In this document: in pieces, positions 13,066 to 24,085 of the stretch
How the letters are laid out: each line of letters begins with the position of its first letter
Numbering within the stretch: position 1 is the stretch's first letter
The notes under the pieces: model-generated
Database searches by the model: none
The model's input: the letters and a program-made list of their open reading frames with translations, nothing else
What the model was told of the DNA's origin: nothing
Assembly (NCBI GenBank): GCA_965153455.1
Contig: OZ234493.1
Location: 20,512,213 to 20,576,212, forward strand
Reading direction: 5' to 3'
Length of the DNA stretch: 64,000 nucleotides
DNA from: Sphagnum compactum
Lineage: Eukaryota
Made by a program: the position numbers and the translations under genes

Positions 13066-14074
13066 AAAAAACAGCCCTACCCTTCTTGGTAGCAAAACAA
13101 AACAAAGCAAAGCAAAGCCTCGTAAGTCATGTTAAGCTGCTACTGCTTCTTCTTCAATGTGTTGGAAGTTGGTTGTCGCATTCGCCATCGCCGTTACACT
13201 CCGCGAGCCATGGCGGGCAGGCAACAGCTACCTATATACCTAGTACTACAACTTTCCAGTTTGGAAAAATCGTCGATGGCGGTGGGTTTCTGTCATTTCT
13301 AGTCTCTTGTGTATTTGTAAACGTGTGGTGTCAATTAAATCAATGTGTTGTAATCTTCCGACAGACAATTTTTATTACTTTGCAGGCAAAAATTTCAGTC
13401 AAGAAGGGCTTCAAGTTTCAACGCATAATACAGACCAATTGTGTTCTCTTGGGTTGCACTAGGAATTTTTGAGTTTGAAATTTTCATGTGCTCATTCTTG
13501 GGTGGGAACTTGATTTTCCAATGTTGCCTGTCAGCTTCTTCTTCATGGTTTCATGTCTTTTTTAAGAATCTTTTCGGATGGGCCTTGCGTTGTTGCATCC
13601 TACCTCTACCCCCCCCCACATGTGGGTAGTTAGAAGAAAGGCTTGCTGAGAAGATTTTGTTAGCATGGCAAAGCAGAGTACTGTTTTCCTCAACTGCAAT
13701 GATTGCTTGGGTCTTAAGGAGAGAATCGTACTCTTTGAACAACAGCCCATGAATGACTTGGCACAAAGTTTTGAATGTCAGCTTATTGGAAGAACTTCAG
13801 TGACCAGTTACTGTCCATAGTGCAGGGCAGATCTGAGCAACAAGCTGTTGAAATTTTCCTGCTACAAAGAGTTCTGTTTCTGAGAAGTGATCAGTATGGA
13901 GCATAGAACCAAAATTGGCAGGTTGAAATTGTTGTTGTTCTGCTTTTCAGGAGGTAAGGTGTTCTCCACTGTGTGCTTTTCCCTTCTTGTTTGCAGTAGC
14001 CCAGCTCAGAGCACTCCCCAGTCGTTTCTTCAGTCTTCTTCCCTGCATAGCTCTCTCTTACTCAGGACTCATAT

Positions 14075-16352
14075 TCATGCATTCCACTGGCTATACAGGG
14101 TATTGCTTTTCAAAGTTCCCAAAGAAACAGACTGGTGCCAACTAACACCCCAGTCCAAATGCATTTGCATGGAAATGATATTTACTATTGACATCCAGCT
14201 TCTCCATAAGTCACATTCATTAGAAAATGTCCTGACCAAAGTAATCAGTGCTGTAGGATTTACCCCTGCTTTGTTGTTGGCAACCTCCCTTGCATTTGGG
14301 AAGCACTCCAGGAATTTGCTGCAAGCAGACAAACAGAACCTGAGGCCTTAGATGGAATCATATTGTCATGTGTATGATATGTGACAACTGGATAACTACC
14401 ATCACTATAATTCTTCACACAGAATCTGTGTATCTTGGACTCTAGGTCCTAAAAGGTTCTACAAATGTTCTTAGACTGTCCGAGCAACATTGTGGATTGC
14501 AAGAGATTGGTTGTTTGATTCAACTTGTCTTCACAGCATATGAACTCCCTCAAATTCAATCAGTATGGCCTGCAGATATTGAAGAATGCAAACCTGTATT
14601 GCCAGCTAAAAGCCATTTGTGGTGAATCAAAAGAATCTTGGCAGGGAACTTTAATGCTGTAGCAGAGGAATGATGGATGCTCCTTGAGGATCACCTCACC
14701 TTGTGACCACTTCACAGTCGTGATATCTTTAACACTGTTGAGGGACCAAAATGAGAGCCCAGTTACACCAATTCGGTGGCAACTGTGGTTTATTAGTCCA
14801 AAAATAACATTCCAGTATGGTTCCATGATCCCCTTTGCACACAACTTCGCTCTTGTTGTCATCTCCACCTCCAGAGGTCGGTTGACAATTGAGGATGGTT
14901 GCTGCAGCAACAATGCATCTGAACCTTGGCTGACCTCATCAGCCACAAATGGCAATTGGAGGTCAGATGCTTTGCCAATCAAAACTGGTTCAACAGGCAG
15001 CTTCCTATTTGCAGCAGTGCTTGACACTTGCCTGTTCTTCATCTTTGTTGACTGTCCTTCTTCAGCTTGCATGAAAGGCACTTGTTGGGAGCCAACAGTG
15101 TCACAAGTCCTGGCAGTGTTATTCTTGTGCTCATACTGGAACTCAGTGGTGCAACCATTGAGTCTGTTGTCCTCATACACCAAAGACTGAAGTTGGTTGT
15201 GTCCATCCAAATTCCCCCCTTGTTCAGTACTGTCTGCTTCCCTGTCAACTTGCATAGCTCCAGCTGACTGGTCAATATAAGCTTGAGTAAACAGCTCTTG
15301 TTTGAAGGAATGGCATCCTGCAGAACTAAAAGCATTGGCATTGTTGCTCATTATGTTATCCTCATGGACCTCAGTGTTGCCATTAGACAGGGAATTCTGG
15401 TCCTCATACCCCAGGGACTCAACATGATGGGGTTGATTGATACTTTCCCCTTGTTGAGTACCTTTCTCTTCTTGATTATCCTCTTCTGCTATAGCTGACT
15501 GCTCATCTTTGGGTTCAAAGAGTGTTTTGTCTCCCACCAAATCCTGTTTCTGTGGAGAGGAATCCAAAGAGTTGAGAATTTTTGAGTTGTTAACCTCATT
15601 GCTTGCCTCAGTGTTGCAGAAGGCAAGAAACTTTTGGTCTTCATATTCTAACTGTTGCACAAACTCTTCTTGTCCTTTGCTCCCCACCTGCTCTCCATCC
15701 CCCTCATTGTCTGCATGTAAGGACCCTAATTCTGGATCTGGGGCCTGAAAAATACATTCCTCAATACCAGAATCAGACTCTAGGCCTACTGCAGAGGCTT
15801 GCTTGATACAACATTCCTGGAAATCAACAGACAGAAATATGAGCATTCTGCAGTTTAGGGATTTTACTAATGTCAAAAATGCCATATGGTTGCTTCGTAG
15901 TCATAGGAGTTTTTTACCTTCAGAACATCAAAATGAGCATGTTGTTCCTCTCCAGGAGCAGATTTCCACGGCCCATCGGTCACTCTGGCATTCTCATTGT
16001 CCACAGTAACACATTCTGGCTGCAGACCAATTTGCTTCTCCTTCTGGCCAAAGTTTTCACTGACTTCCAGAATGCCAAATCTATTTTGGAGTTTCTCTTC
16101 AGTGCCATCAAATACTGCTCCATCATTGTCCACAGGACTAAAATCTGACTGAGGACCTTCTGATTGATCCTGATCAAAGTTCCTTATGAGAGTCACACAG
16201 CCCAGTGTGGCCTCCTGTTCCTCACTTGGAATGACTTCTGGCTGTGGAATATTCTCTTTCTTCACATGATTAGCTCCTGCCTGAGGATCATACAATTGGA
16301 AACACTTCTTCACATTGGCATCCAAGGCTTCAATGTCTATATGTGTAGTCAT
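14075..16352 (-). CDS. Uncharacterised acidic protein, ~633 aa; predicted exons 16352-15918, 15816-14594, 14318-14075; start uncertain
   Basis: Three ORFs join in frame through canonical GT-AG introns: AAG|gtaaaa..ttccag|GAA (phase 0) and AG|gtttgc..ttgcag|C (phase 2). A CpG-rich 5' region lies at ~17600-18900. Confidence 0.65.
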
Positions 16353-17000
16353 CTCAGCTTTGAAATCCAAGGGGTCATTGCCCACCTTTCCCCTGTTAGT
16401 CAAAGCCAAGCCCAGCAATTGTTGTTTAGCATAACAGCGAGAGTTAAAACTACTTGCAATATTGACACACAATCCTTTCCTTATCTCTAAGCTCTTATCA
16501 GATGTGAGATAACTTCAGCATATAGGAGACCAGAAATAGCATCACCAGGCCATTTCAATGTGCCTCACGATGGTGTCATCCACCATCATCTCCAGATTGA
16601 CAATTGCATCTGTATTCGAATCAAGTATCGAATGTCATCAGTTCAAGCTTTACCTTATAAGAAATATTTTGACCTTAAAACATGAAGATGAAGTGTTTCT
16701 CTTTGCACCAATGCTTTTCAGCTGCAATTTCATCTTCTCTTACATTAATAGCTAGGCATGCTGCAAAAGATAGATCAATAAATCATCAACAACATTTGAC
16801 ATGCACACAAATGCATCACTGTGAACTCACCTCTGAGGAAAGGCAGATGCTGAATGGATGCTAGAATCTTGCAATAAGAGTGGCGGAGGTCTATTAGTGT
16901 TCGTGTGTCAGCATCCAGAATGGAACCAAAGTTATCTATTATCACTTGGACATTGTGCAGAGAAGAATTCTTGAAGAGGTCTCGGAACCTCTTCAAACTT

Positions 17001-17218
17001 ACTATGATCCTGCACACAAGAACACTCAAAGTTTCTCGTTGAAAGTTCAGAAACTTCATCTAGTCTCAATCAACACTCATACTTGAAAAAATTAGAAAGG
17101 ATTCTTTAAAAGGTCTTGAGCAACTGATCTTCAAACTCGGTATGATCCTGCAAACACAAAACACTCGAAGGTCCTCGAAAGGGCTAAACATTTTACATCC
17201 TCAATCAACAACATATGA
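17001..17218. repeat. Diverged duplication of ~80 bp containing a minus-strand splice acceptor
   Basis: tatgatcctgca(c/a)ac...aacactc...ctcaatcaaca..cata at ~17003 and ~17141; reads tgcag|gatcata on the minus strand. Confidence 0.65.
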
Positions 17219-18854
17219 ATCGTCAATGGCTCCTCCGTATTCAGTTAGTGATCATGTTAGAGAGCCTGCAAAGCTAGTGCGTTCTGGTAGTCTAAAGGCC
17301 AAGTTCTCCATTTGCCTTCTCTTACAACATAGGTCACAGAGATAAATCTCCATCATGGATAAGTGTATGGGCTACACAGAGGTTAGGTGCACACTTGTCA
17401 CTGCAACGGGGAAAGGGATTCTTGTGTGGAGGTGACCAGATGAGTTCCTGTATGCTGCAAACAAGTGACAAAGATCGTCTGAGAGTTTATTCCAAGTGAT
17501 AGATTCTTACTCATATTTGACTACGAAAGTGTCGACAGCAAAAGAAATAGAAGATCATGTCACAAATATGCAAATTGATAATAAATATTTGGCCACAAAT
17601 ACTCTTCATCTTATTGTCTCTTTACGATTATGAAGGGGTGTATAGACAAGTTTGGAACAGGAATCTGCTGCGGTGGCTCAGAGTCGACAGGGAACAACCT
17701 CGCCATTACCAAGACCAAGATCGAAAGAGGAAAATGTCAGCAAATTCTTGTTTCAAAATCATTTCCCCTCGATCACCGGAGAAGGATCTCTACAAACAGG
17801 ACGCAATACACCGTATCCAGAACAGTGTCGAGTTACAAAGATTGATTGCAGAGTGAGCGATTCTCCCTTCAATAGCATCTGTTACAGAAAATGATGCCAA
17901 AATGCACTTGATGGCTAAATTGGATAAAGATCGCAGCAGTTTTTGCCACTATGAGAACCTCCGTCCGACGATCTGCCGTTGAGGATGCTGCTAGTAAATA
18001 TTTCTCCCACGAAATAACAAATTGAACAAGACGAGGATAATACCGGAACCGAAAGAATAACTTATTACTGTTGTAGCGCATTGCGCAATTTCCTCCTCAG
18101 CAGCAAATTTTCTCGCATAGCAATTGTGAGCAGCGGTAAGGAATCGATCCAAAAATGCGCAAGGAACTCGACGCGCAATAGTCACAACTTAGAAACCAGC
18201 TAGACGTCCACCACGAACGCTCCCTAACGACCACCGACAGAACGAAACAAATAAAAGGAAAAAAGAGGAAGAAGCCACCTCAAATCCAAGACTCTCTAAG
18301 AACCAGATCGTATGAAAAACAGCAGCGGAACAAACAAGGATAATATCACAAACAGCACTCCTCTTCCACATGAGCCGGGAGTAGTAATTGCTGAACAAGA
18401 TACGAAGAGGACTCTGATCAGCAGGAGCTCCATGATTAATTCGTCACACCTCTAAAAAAAACAAGGGAGAAAAGAAATGCAAGATGTGGGGCTCGGGGAC
18501 TGACAAGGAAAACTCCCGCGTGATTTGCGCATCCAGGATGACAGCTGCAGCCATGGTACTCCTCCTCTTATTACCGTCTTCCCTGATCTGCCAGAGCACA
18601 AAACGTACTTACACGAAAACAAATTGCGGGTTCAGAATTTGCAAATCGATTAGCAATGCGTTCTATGAGACCGATTACAAAGGAAATTTGTTCTTGCGCC
18701 TTTGCTCTCTTCGTTGTGTTGATGCTCTTCAGTTCCGCCTTCGTTGCTGCGTCCTCGTTCTTTCTGGAACGCTGTCCTGCGCTGAACGGCAGCAAACCCT
18801 TCAAATGTGTGAGGTTGCTGGTCCCTACCAGAGTGGGGCGGGTATTAGAAATTG

Positions 18855-18905
18855 CGCCAAACCCCTCGGGGTATAAAGGGTGATAACCGTGGTTATATAA
18901 AAAAA
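18855..18905 (-). promoter_or_regulatory. Putative core promoter (TATA) at the edge of the CpG island
   Basis: TTATATAA at 18893-18900 with AAACCCT telo-box-like motifs nearby, at the boundary between gene-like and TE-derived sequence. Confidence 0.35.
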
Positions 18906-20169
18906 GAAATACCCCATTGGTATGTATACTTGCGGTTCTCGAATCGACGCGTTCCCTCCCAAGGTTAGGGGGTCTTGCTTTGGGAACACCACGCTCCCCT
19001 CCCCAGCATTACCATGCATGTAAAGACATGGCGAGAAGTTTATAGTGCATTTGAAGGGTACGTTATTTTTGCATATTAAATCATCCAAAAAAGGAGGGTA
19101 CATTTCGAACTGAAATTGCCTGCCCTCACACAACACGAACAATTTCATTTCAAAATGTTTTTTCGTTTTTTCATTTCTTTCATCTATAAGTAAAGACCTG
19201 GACCCCTTTTTCAATCCTAAAAGGATTAAACCCTAAACCCAAAGCATGGGAGGGTAATTCTACTTTTCATAGGGCACTTATGTTTTGATTAGGAATTATA
19301 GACTAGGTGAGGGTTGTCGGTTTAGGGTTTCATGGTTGTAATAGAGGTCGATTACAACCACAAATCCCCCCCCCACCCATCAAAGATTGTAAACAAATTT
19401 TTATGTTGGTTCCATTTTTGCACGACTCTTTACTTCTTTCGCCTTTGTCATCGTTTTCACCATTCTTTGTGTCCTTTCTATTTGAATTTTCTTATTTCAA
19501 CAAGCATGCATGTTTTCCTTATGACAAGCTTGTTTTTGGAATGCAATGAGAAGGACTAACCCTAACAAGCTCCTCTAAGTTTAGATTGGTGGTGGAATTA
19601 CACATCGCATTGCAAAAACACATTTTCAAGTATTAGTTTATGATGGTTGTTGTTTTTTGTAAGGCCTTACAATGAGTTTAACATCAATTTTCAATAAGAT
19701 GTATTGACCACATAGATTGTGGTGGAAGGGGAGTTGCTTATCCTCTTTGTTATTTGATTATTGCTTGTTTTAATTTCTAGTTTTGGATGTTGATGTTGTT
19801 GAAAATCTTTGACATTGAAGTTTCAAGTTTAGCAAAATTTTGGTAATTTCTAATGTTGATGAAACCTTTGAATTGTATAGGTTCTTACACTTGAATTAAC
19901 CAATGAAACTTTGGTTTCATTAGATCATGTTTATTGGAACAGTCTTATTATTATTCCTTTGTTTGATTATCCTTTTAGTACTGATTTTGAGGAATGTTTT
20001 AATTGTGGCAAAGATTACAGGGAATTATGGAGTTAGTTAATTCCATTGTATTTGTTAATAAGAACACCAACATTCAAATCATGAACAATGAGGAGACTCC
20101 TTCATAATATAATGTTGTTGAAGATGAGGATTTATTTTTTCCAATAAATAATGAAGAGCTTAAAATCAT

Positions 20170-22110
20170 TAATGAAGGTGGGAGGAATAGGAGCAAAACC
20201 TTTGATCGGTGGCTTTTAACGCATTTCAAAAAGTGACAAGTTGTAACATCTTTTCACCATTCTATTGAACCGCAAGATTTGCCACTCAATGTTCTTGGTG
20301 AAGGTTTGGTTCTCTTTGTATTATCTTTGAAGAAAGTGAATGGCAATTACCATCCTAATGTCATTTTTTGTGCACACATGTTTCATGCTTGTGATTGTGT
20401 GATTTGTCGTGCTCAAACGAAGAAGGTTTGTGATATAGGTGTTGATGAACCAACTATGTTCATACAAAACCATAGTTACTTTGAGAAAATTTGTCATGCA
20501 TTACTATGGATATAAGTATCAAAGTTGGAACTAACAAACATAGAATGAAATCTAAACCTACCAAGTGGAAAGATGTTGAAATATGTTTAGTAAATCCAAA
20601 TCATTTAACCCATCATCTTGTTAGTCTTCAAAAACAATGGGCATTCTATTGTTTTGGGAGGATATTCATTTGTTGTTGTTAAGAAAAGGAAAATAGAGTA
20701 GTAAACATATAGGCAAGTCGATAAACAAATACAAGTCAAGATAGGCAAACACAATGATAAAGTAAACAAAATGGTATGATAGTATAAACAAATCAGTATG
20801 GTAGCATGATCACACAATGTATTGATTTGTGGCAAGTCGATTTGCCAAACAATTAGGCAGTTATATCCGTTTTGTGGGGAGTATAAAAGACATTTCAATT
20901 GACTTACAAGGAATTTGAATGCTTGTTGTTTGTATGTTATTGTTGTTCTTTTAGGAGAAGGCAAGCAGGGAATTATGAGAGGAAGGAAGGGAGCAAAACA
21001 TTGTAGAGCTTCATGGTTTATGGAAATATAAAAGATGTTTTTTCTTTCATACTTGTGGTGTAGCATTGTATGTGGTATTAATTGAATGTATTTCCAAACT
21101 TAAAAAACATTGAACATTATCCTAGTTAGTATGTTTACGTTATACTCATTATGATGGAGTATGACAAGAACCCAGTAGTGATATGAAGGTATTTAATTTA
21201 TTTGTGGAAAATCATAATTAATACTTGCAAAATTATATCATTAACAGTTTTGGAATTGAACCTTTTAAGCTTTTTGATATCAATTTCAACCTCAACAAAG
21301 ATTTTCATGAAAATTTTGTTTAATAATGATTAGTCTTGGGTTCATAGTTGTGAACATTTTTTATGTTTATGTTGCAATCAACTTGGATATATTATTAAGC
21401 AAAAAATTATAAATTCACAGTGATTAAGTGTTTATTGTAGACATGATTGTTTTGAAATTTATGCTAATTATGTGTTTAACATTGCAAGTATTTTGAGTGT
21501 GATTTTTAAAATCACAATAATGTGACAAAATATCAAGAAGAACATTTTTGAAACTTTGTTTCTTGTCATGATCTAGATGCGATCATAACATACAAACAAC
21601 TTACTTGACATTTGCCTTTTAAAAAGAACCCTAATATTAGTCAACATTTTTTTAATAAGCAATCCAAAAAAAATCACAAACAATGTATATGAATTTTGAT
21701 GTTCTATTGTTTCATGTGTTTTGTTCTTGAGATTTTGGTTTCTTGAGGTTTTGGTTTTTTTTTTAAAAATCCTTCATTGTTCCTTGAAAACAAATACATA
21801 AATAATTTATACTAGTTTTTTTGTCATATTTTAAACAATTTGGTCGCTATGAACTTCAAGCTTTGGCATAATATGAACAATGTGGGAGTGACAAAACTCT
21901 ATTTGGATGAAGAATATGTTCAAGACCCAATTGGTTTTGAAAGGTCTTACACCAATAAAAATCTTAGATATTCTAACATTCAAAACATGATACAAGGAAG
22001 GGTGCCCACAATTGTCGGAATTAATGCACATTTTGTGACACAAGAATGGAGAATCATATAAGAGATATGACTAAACCTTGGAGATTCATAAACATGCAAT
22101 GATGGAGATT
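20170..22110 (+). mobile_element. Degenerate tyrosine recombinase gene, Crypton/DUF3504-like
   Basis: LVLFVLSLKKVNG, KSKP...LQKQWAFYC, LWHNMNNVG...SYTNKNLRYSNIQNMIQGRVP (HxLR-box-like), then HKNGESYKRYD in a shifted frame at 22039-22071 (His and catalytic Tyr box). Confidence 0.65.
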
Positions 22111-24085
22111 ATTGTAAACCTTTTCACAAAAATTGATGGATGTAAAAAATACAAAAACATCTTGTTTAATAAAAGTAAGGAGATTTTTTGTTTCAAATTG
22201 TCTAGGTCCAATTTTCAAAACAATCCTTTAAAAAAAAAATCATCTTCCATTCAACTAGAAGATGACCAACATGCAATTGATCCATGTTCAAACAACATGG
22301 AAGTTCAAGATTTTGGAATTGTAAATACTTCTAAGGTTGAGTCCAACACTACCATTGTTATCTTTTGATGTTCAACATTATTTTGTTATTCCTCCAATTA
22401 ATGAGGTTTTAGCCATGTTTCATGTTGATAATTTCAAATAGTAGACAAAATCAAACAACATTATTATTCTAGAAGTTACTAATTGTATCCCTCAAGTTGT
22501 ATCTACCTAGGGTGAACTTGATTTGTCCCAAATGTTTCAATGCAAAAATCTAGTGGTGCCAATGGACAACTTCTTGAATAAGATTACATCAACTTCAACA
22601 TTGATGAGATTTTGAAGAAATATTGGCTAGAGGGTTCAATGTACATGGGTTGTACGATTCATCCAATGAATATTACTCATAATATTGAGTAACAATTTAC
22701 AAGCAACTTCAATAATTGCATAATTATTTTTTGTGTTGATCCTATGTTACTTGAAAACTTCATTGCAAAGAAACACGCTTTAGGATTGACTTGATTAAAG
22801 ACCAAAGACATAAGAAATTGACATAATATATCCATATATATATAAATAAATACTTGAATAATTTTTAAAACAAATATAATTGAATTGTAATCTTGTAGTT
22901 GTTTTCAACTAGTTAGTTTATAAAACTTGATCTATTGATGTTGGAGAATAATAGTCATTTTACTTTTTGCATTCACTTATAATGATCAACATTGTTCACC
23001 TACAAGCCTCAAGCTATATACCATGGTCTTACTTTGATTTCCATACATTTGATTTTGATTATGTTTATGTAAAAAATGTTTTGCAATTTAATGTTAGAAA
23101 AAAATTATTATTCTAGAAACATTAGAGAAAAAACATCTTCCTTACGTTGTCATCAGATGTCAATGAAATAATAGTCAAAGGTTCATAAAAAGGGGGTTTG
23201 ATTTTGGGTTGTAAATACCCCCACAAAAAATCCCATAAAATGGAGCTAGTGAAAATTATGCCTTTTGTAATTCCCATCCTTCCACTTGTTTCTACTTTCT
23301 TTTACTCCCATGGCATGTTGCTACTAACTATGCATTCACCTGCATTTTTTCACCTTTCCATTTACCTTGCCGTTAATCCACCTAAATCATTGAAAGAACT
23401 AAAAGAAACCATAGAGACAAGTTTAATTTTTACACCATCTAACACCCTTGAATTGAGTTGTTTCCTAAAATAAAGGCCCATTGGTTCTATCTTAAATGGG
23501 TCCTTATTTGGGGAAATGTTATAATCCTCAAGTGTTATCTTACACCTATATTAGACTTAGCTTGGATTTTCCTTCTTATTAGTGTGTTTCATCAATGTTA
23601 TCCATCCAATGTGCAAATTTAGACTTATTTTGGTTAATTATACTATGATTGGAGCATGACTTGATTTCTTTCAACACAAAATGTATCAAATAATAACCAT
23701 TGGGAAGATCAACCATTGGGAGGAATTGGTTGAGTGGTAGATGTTCATGAGTCGAGTTTGACCAATGGCCATTATTTTATATAATTAGTAGTTGGGAGAA
23801 ATGTTGCACATCATTAGGAACTTTGTAGACTATTTGTTAGACATGTCAATGTATTATATCACATGCATTTGAAAGGTGGAATATTTCTTACATGTGACAA
23901 GTACATAAATTAATTAAAGGCATAGAATATCTAAAGATTGCAATGCATGACTTGCTAAACAAGGATTAGGTAACCAACAAGAGGTTAAACATAACTTACC
24001 ATTCAAAAGTTTGAAAGCAACAACATAACCTTCATGTCAATGGATGAAAAGTTGCGTGACCTTTTCTTCAATGGACGAAAATTCA

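Noticed and set aside
12625-13110. 161-aa ORF antisense to NTF2
   Set aside because: It mirrors the NTF2 codons, has a non-ATG start and no recognisable motif; a typical antisense shadow ORF.
12870-13472. 200-aa ORF overlapping NTF2 and its 3' UTR
   Set aside because: GTG start, out of frame, and runs through UTR-like low-complexity sequence.
14775-14795. INHSC resembling the SET-domain NHSC motif
   Set aside because: The flanking SET motifs (PN, ELxxDY) are absent.
19228-19330. Telomeric repeat (AAACCCT/TTTAGGG)
   Set aside because: Only 1-2 units; not an interstitial telomeric array.
20605-21066. 153-aa minus-strand ORF
   Set aside because: Low-complexity sequence in the spacer of the recombinase relic with no recognisable domain.
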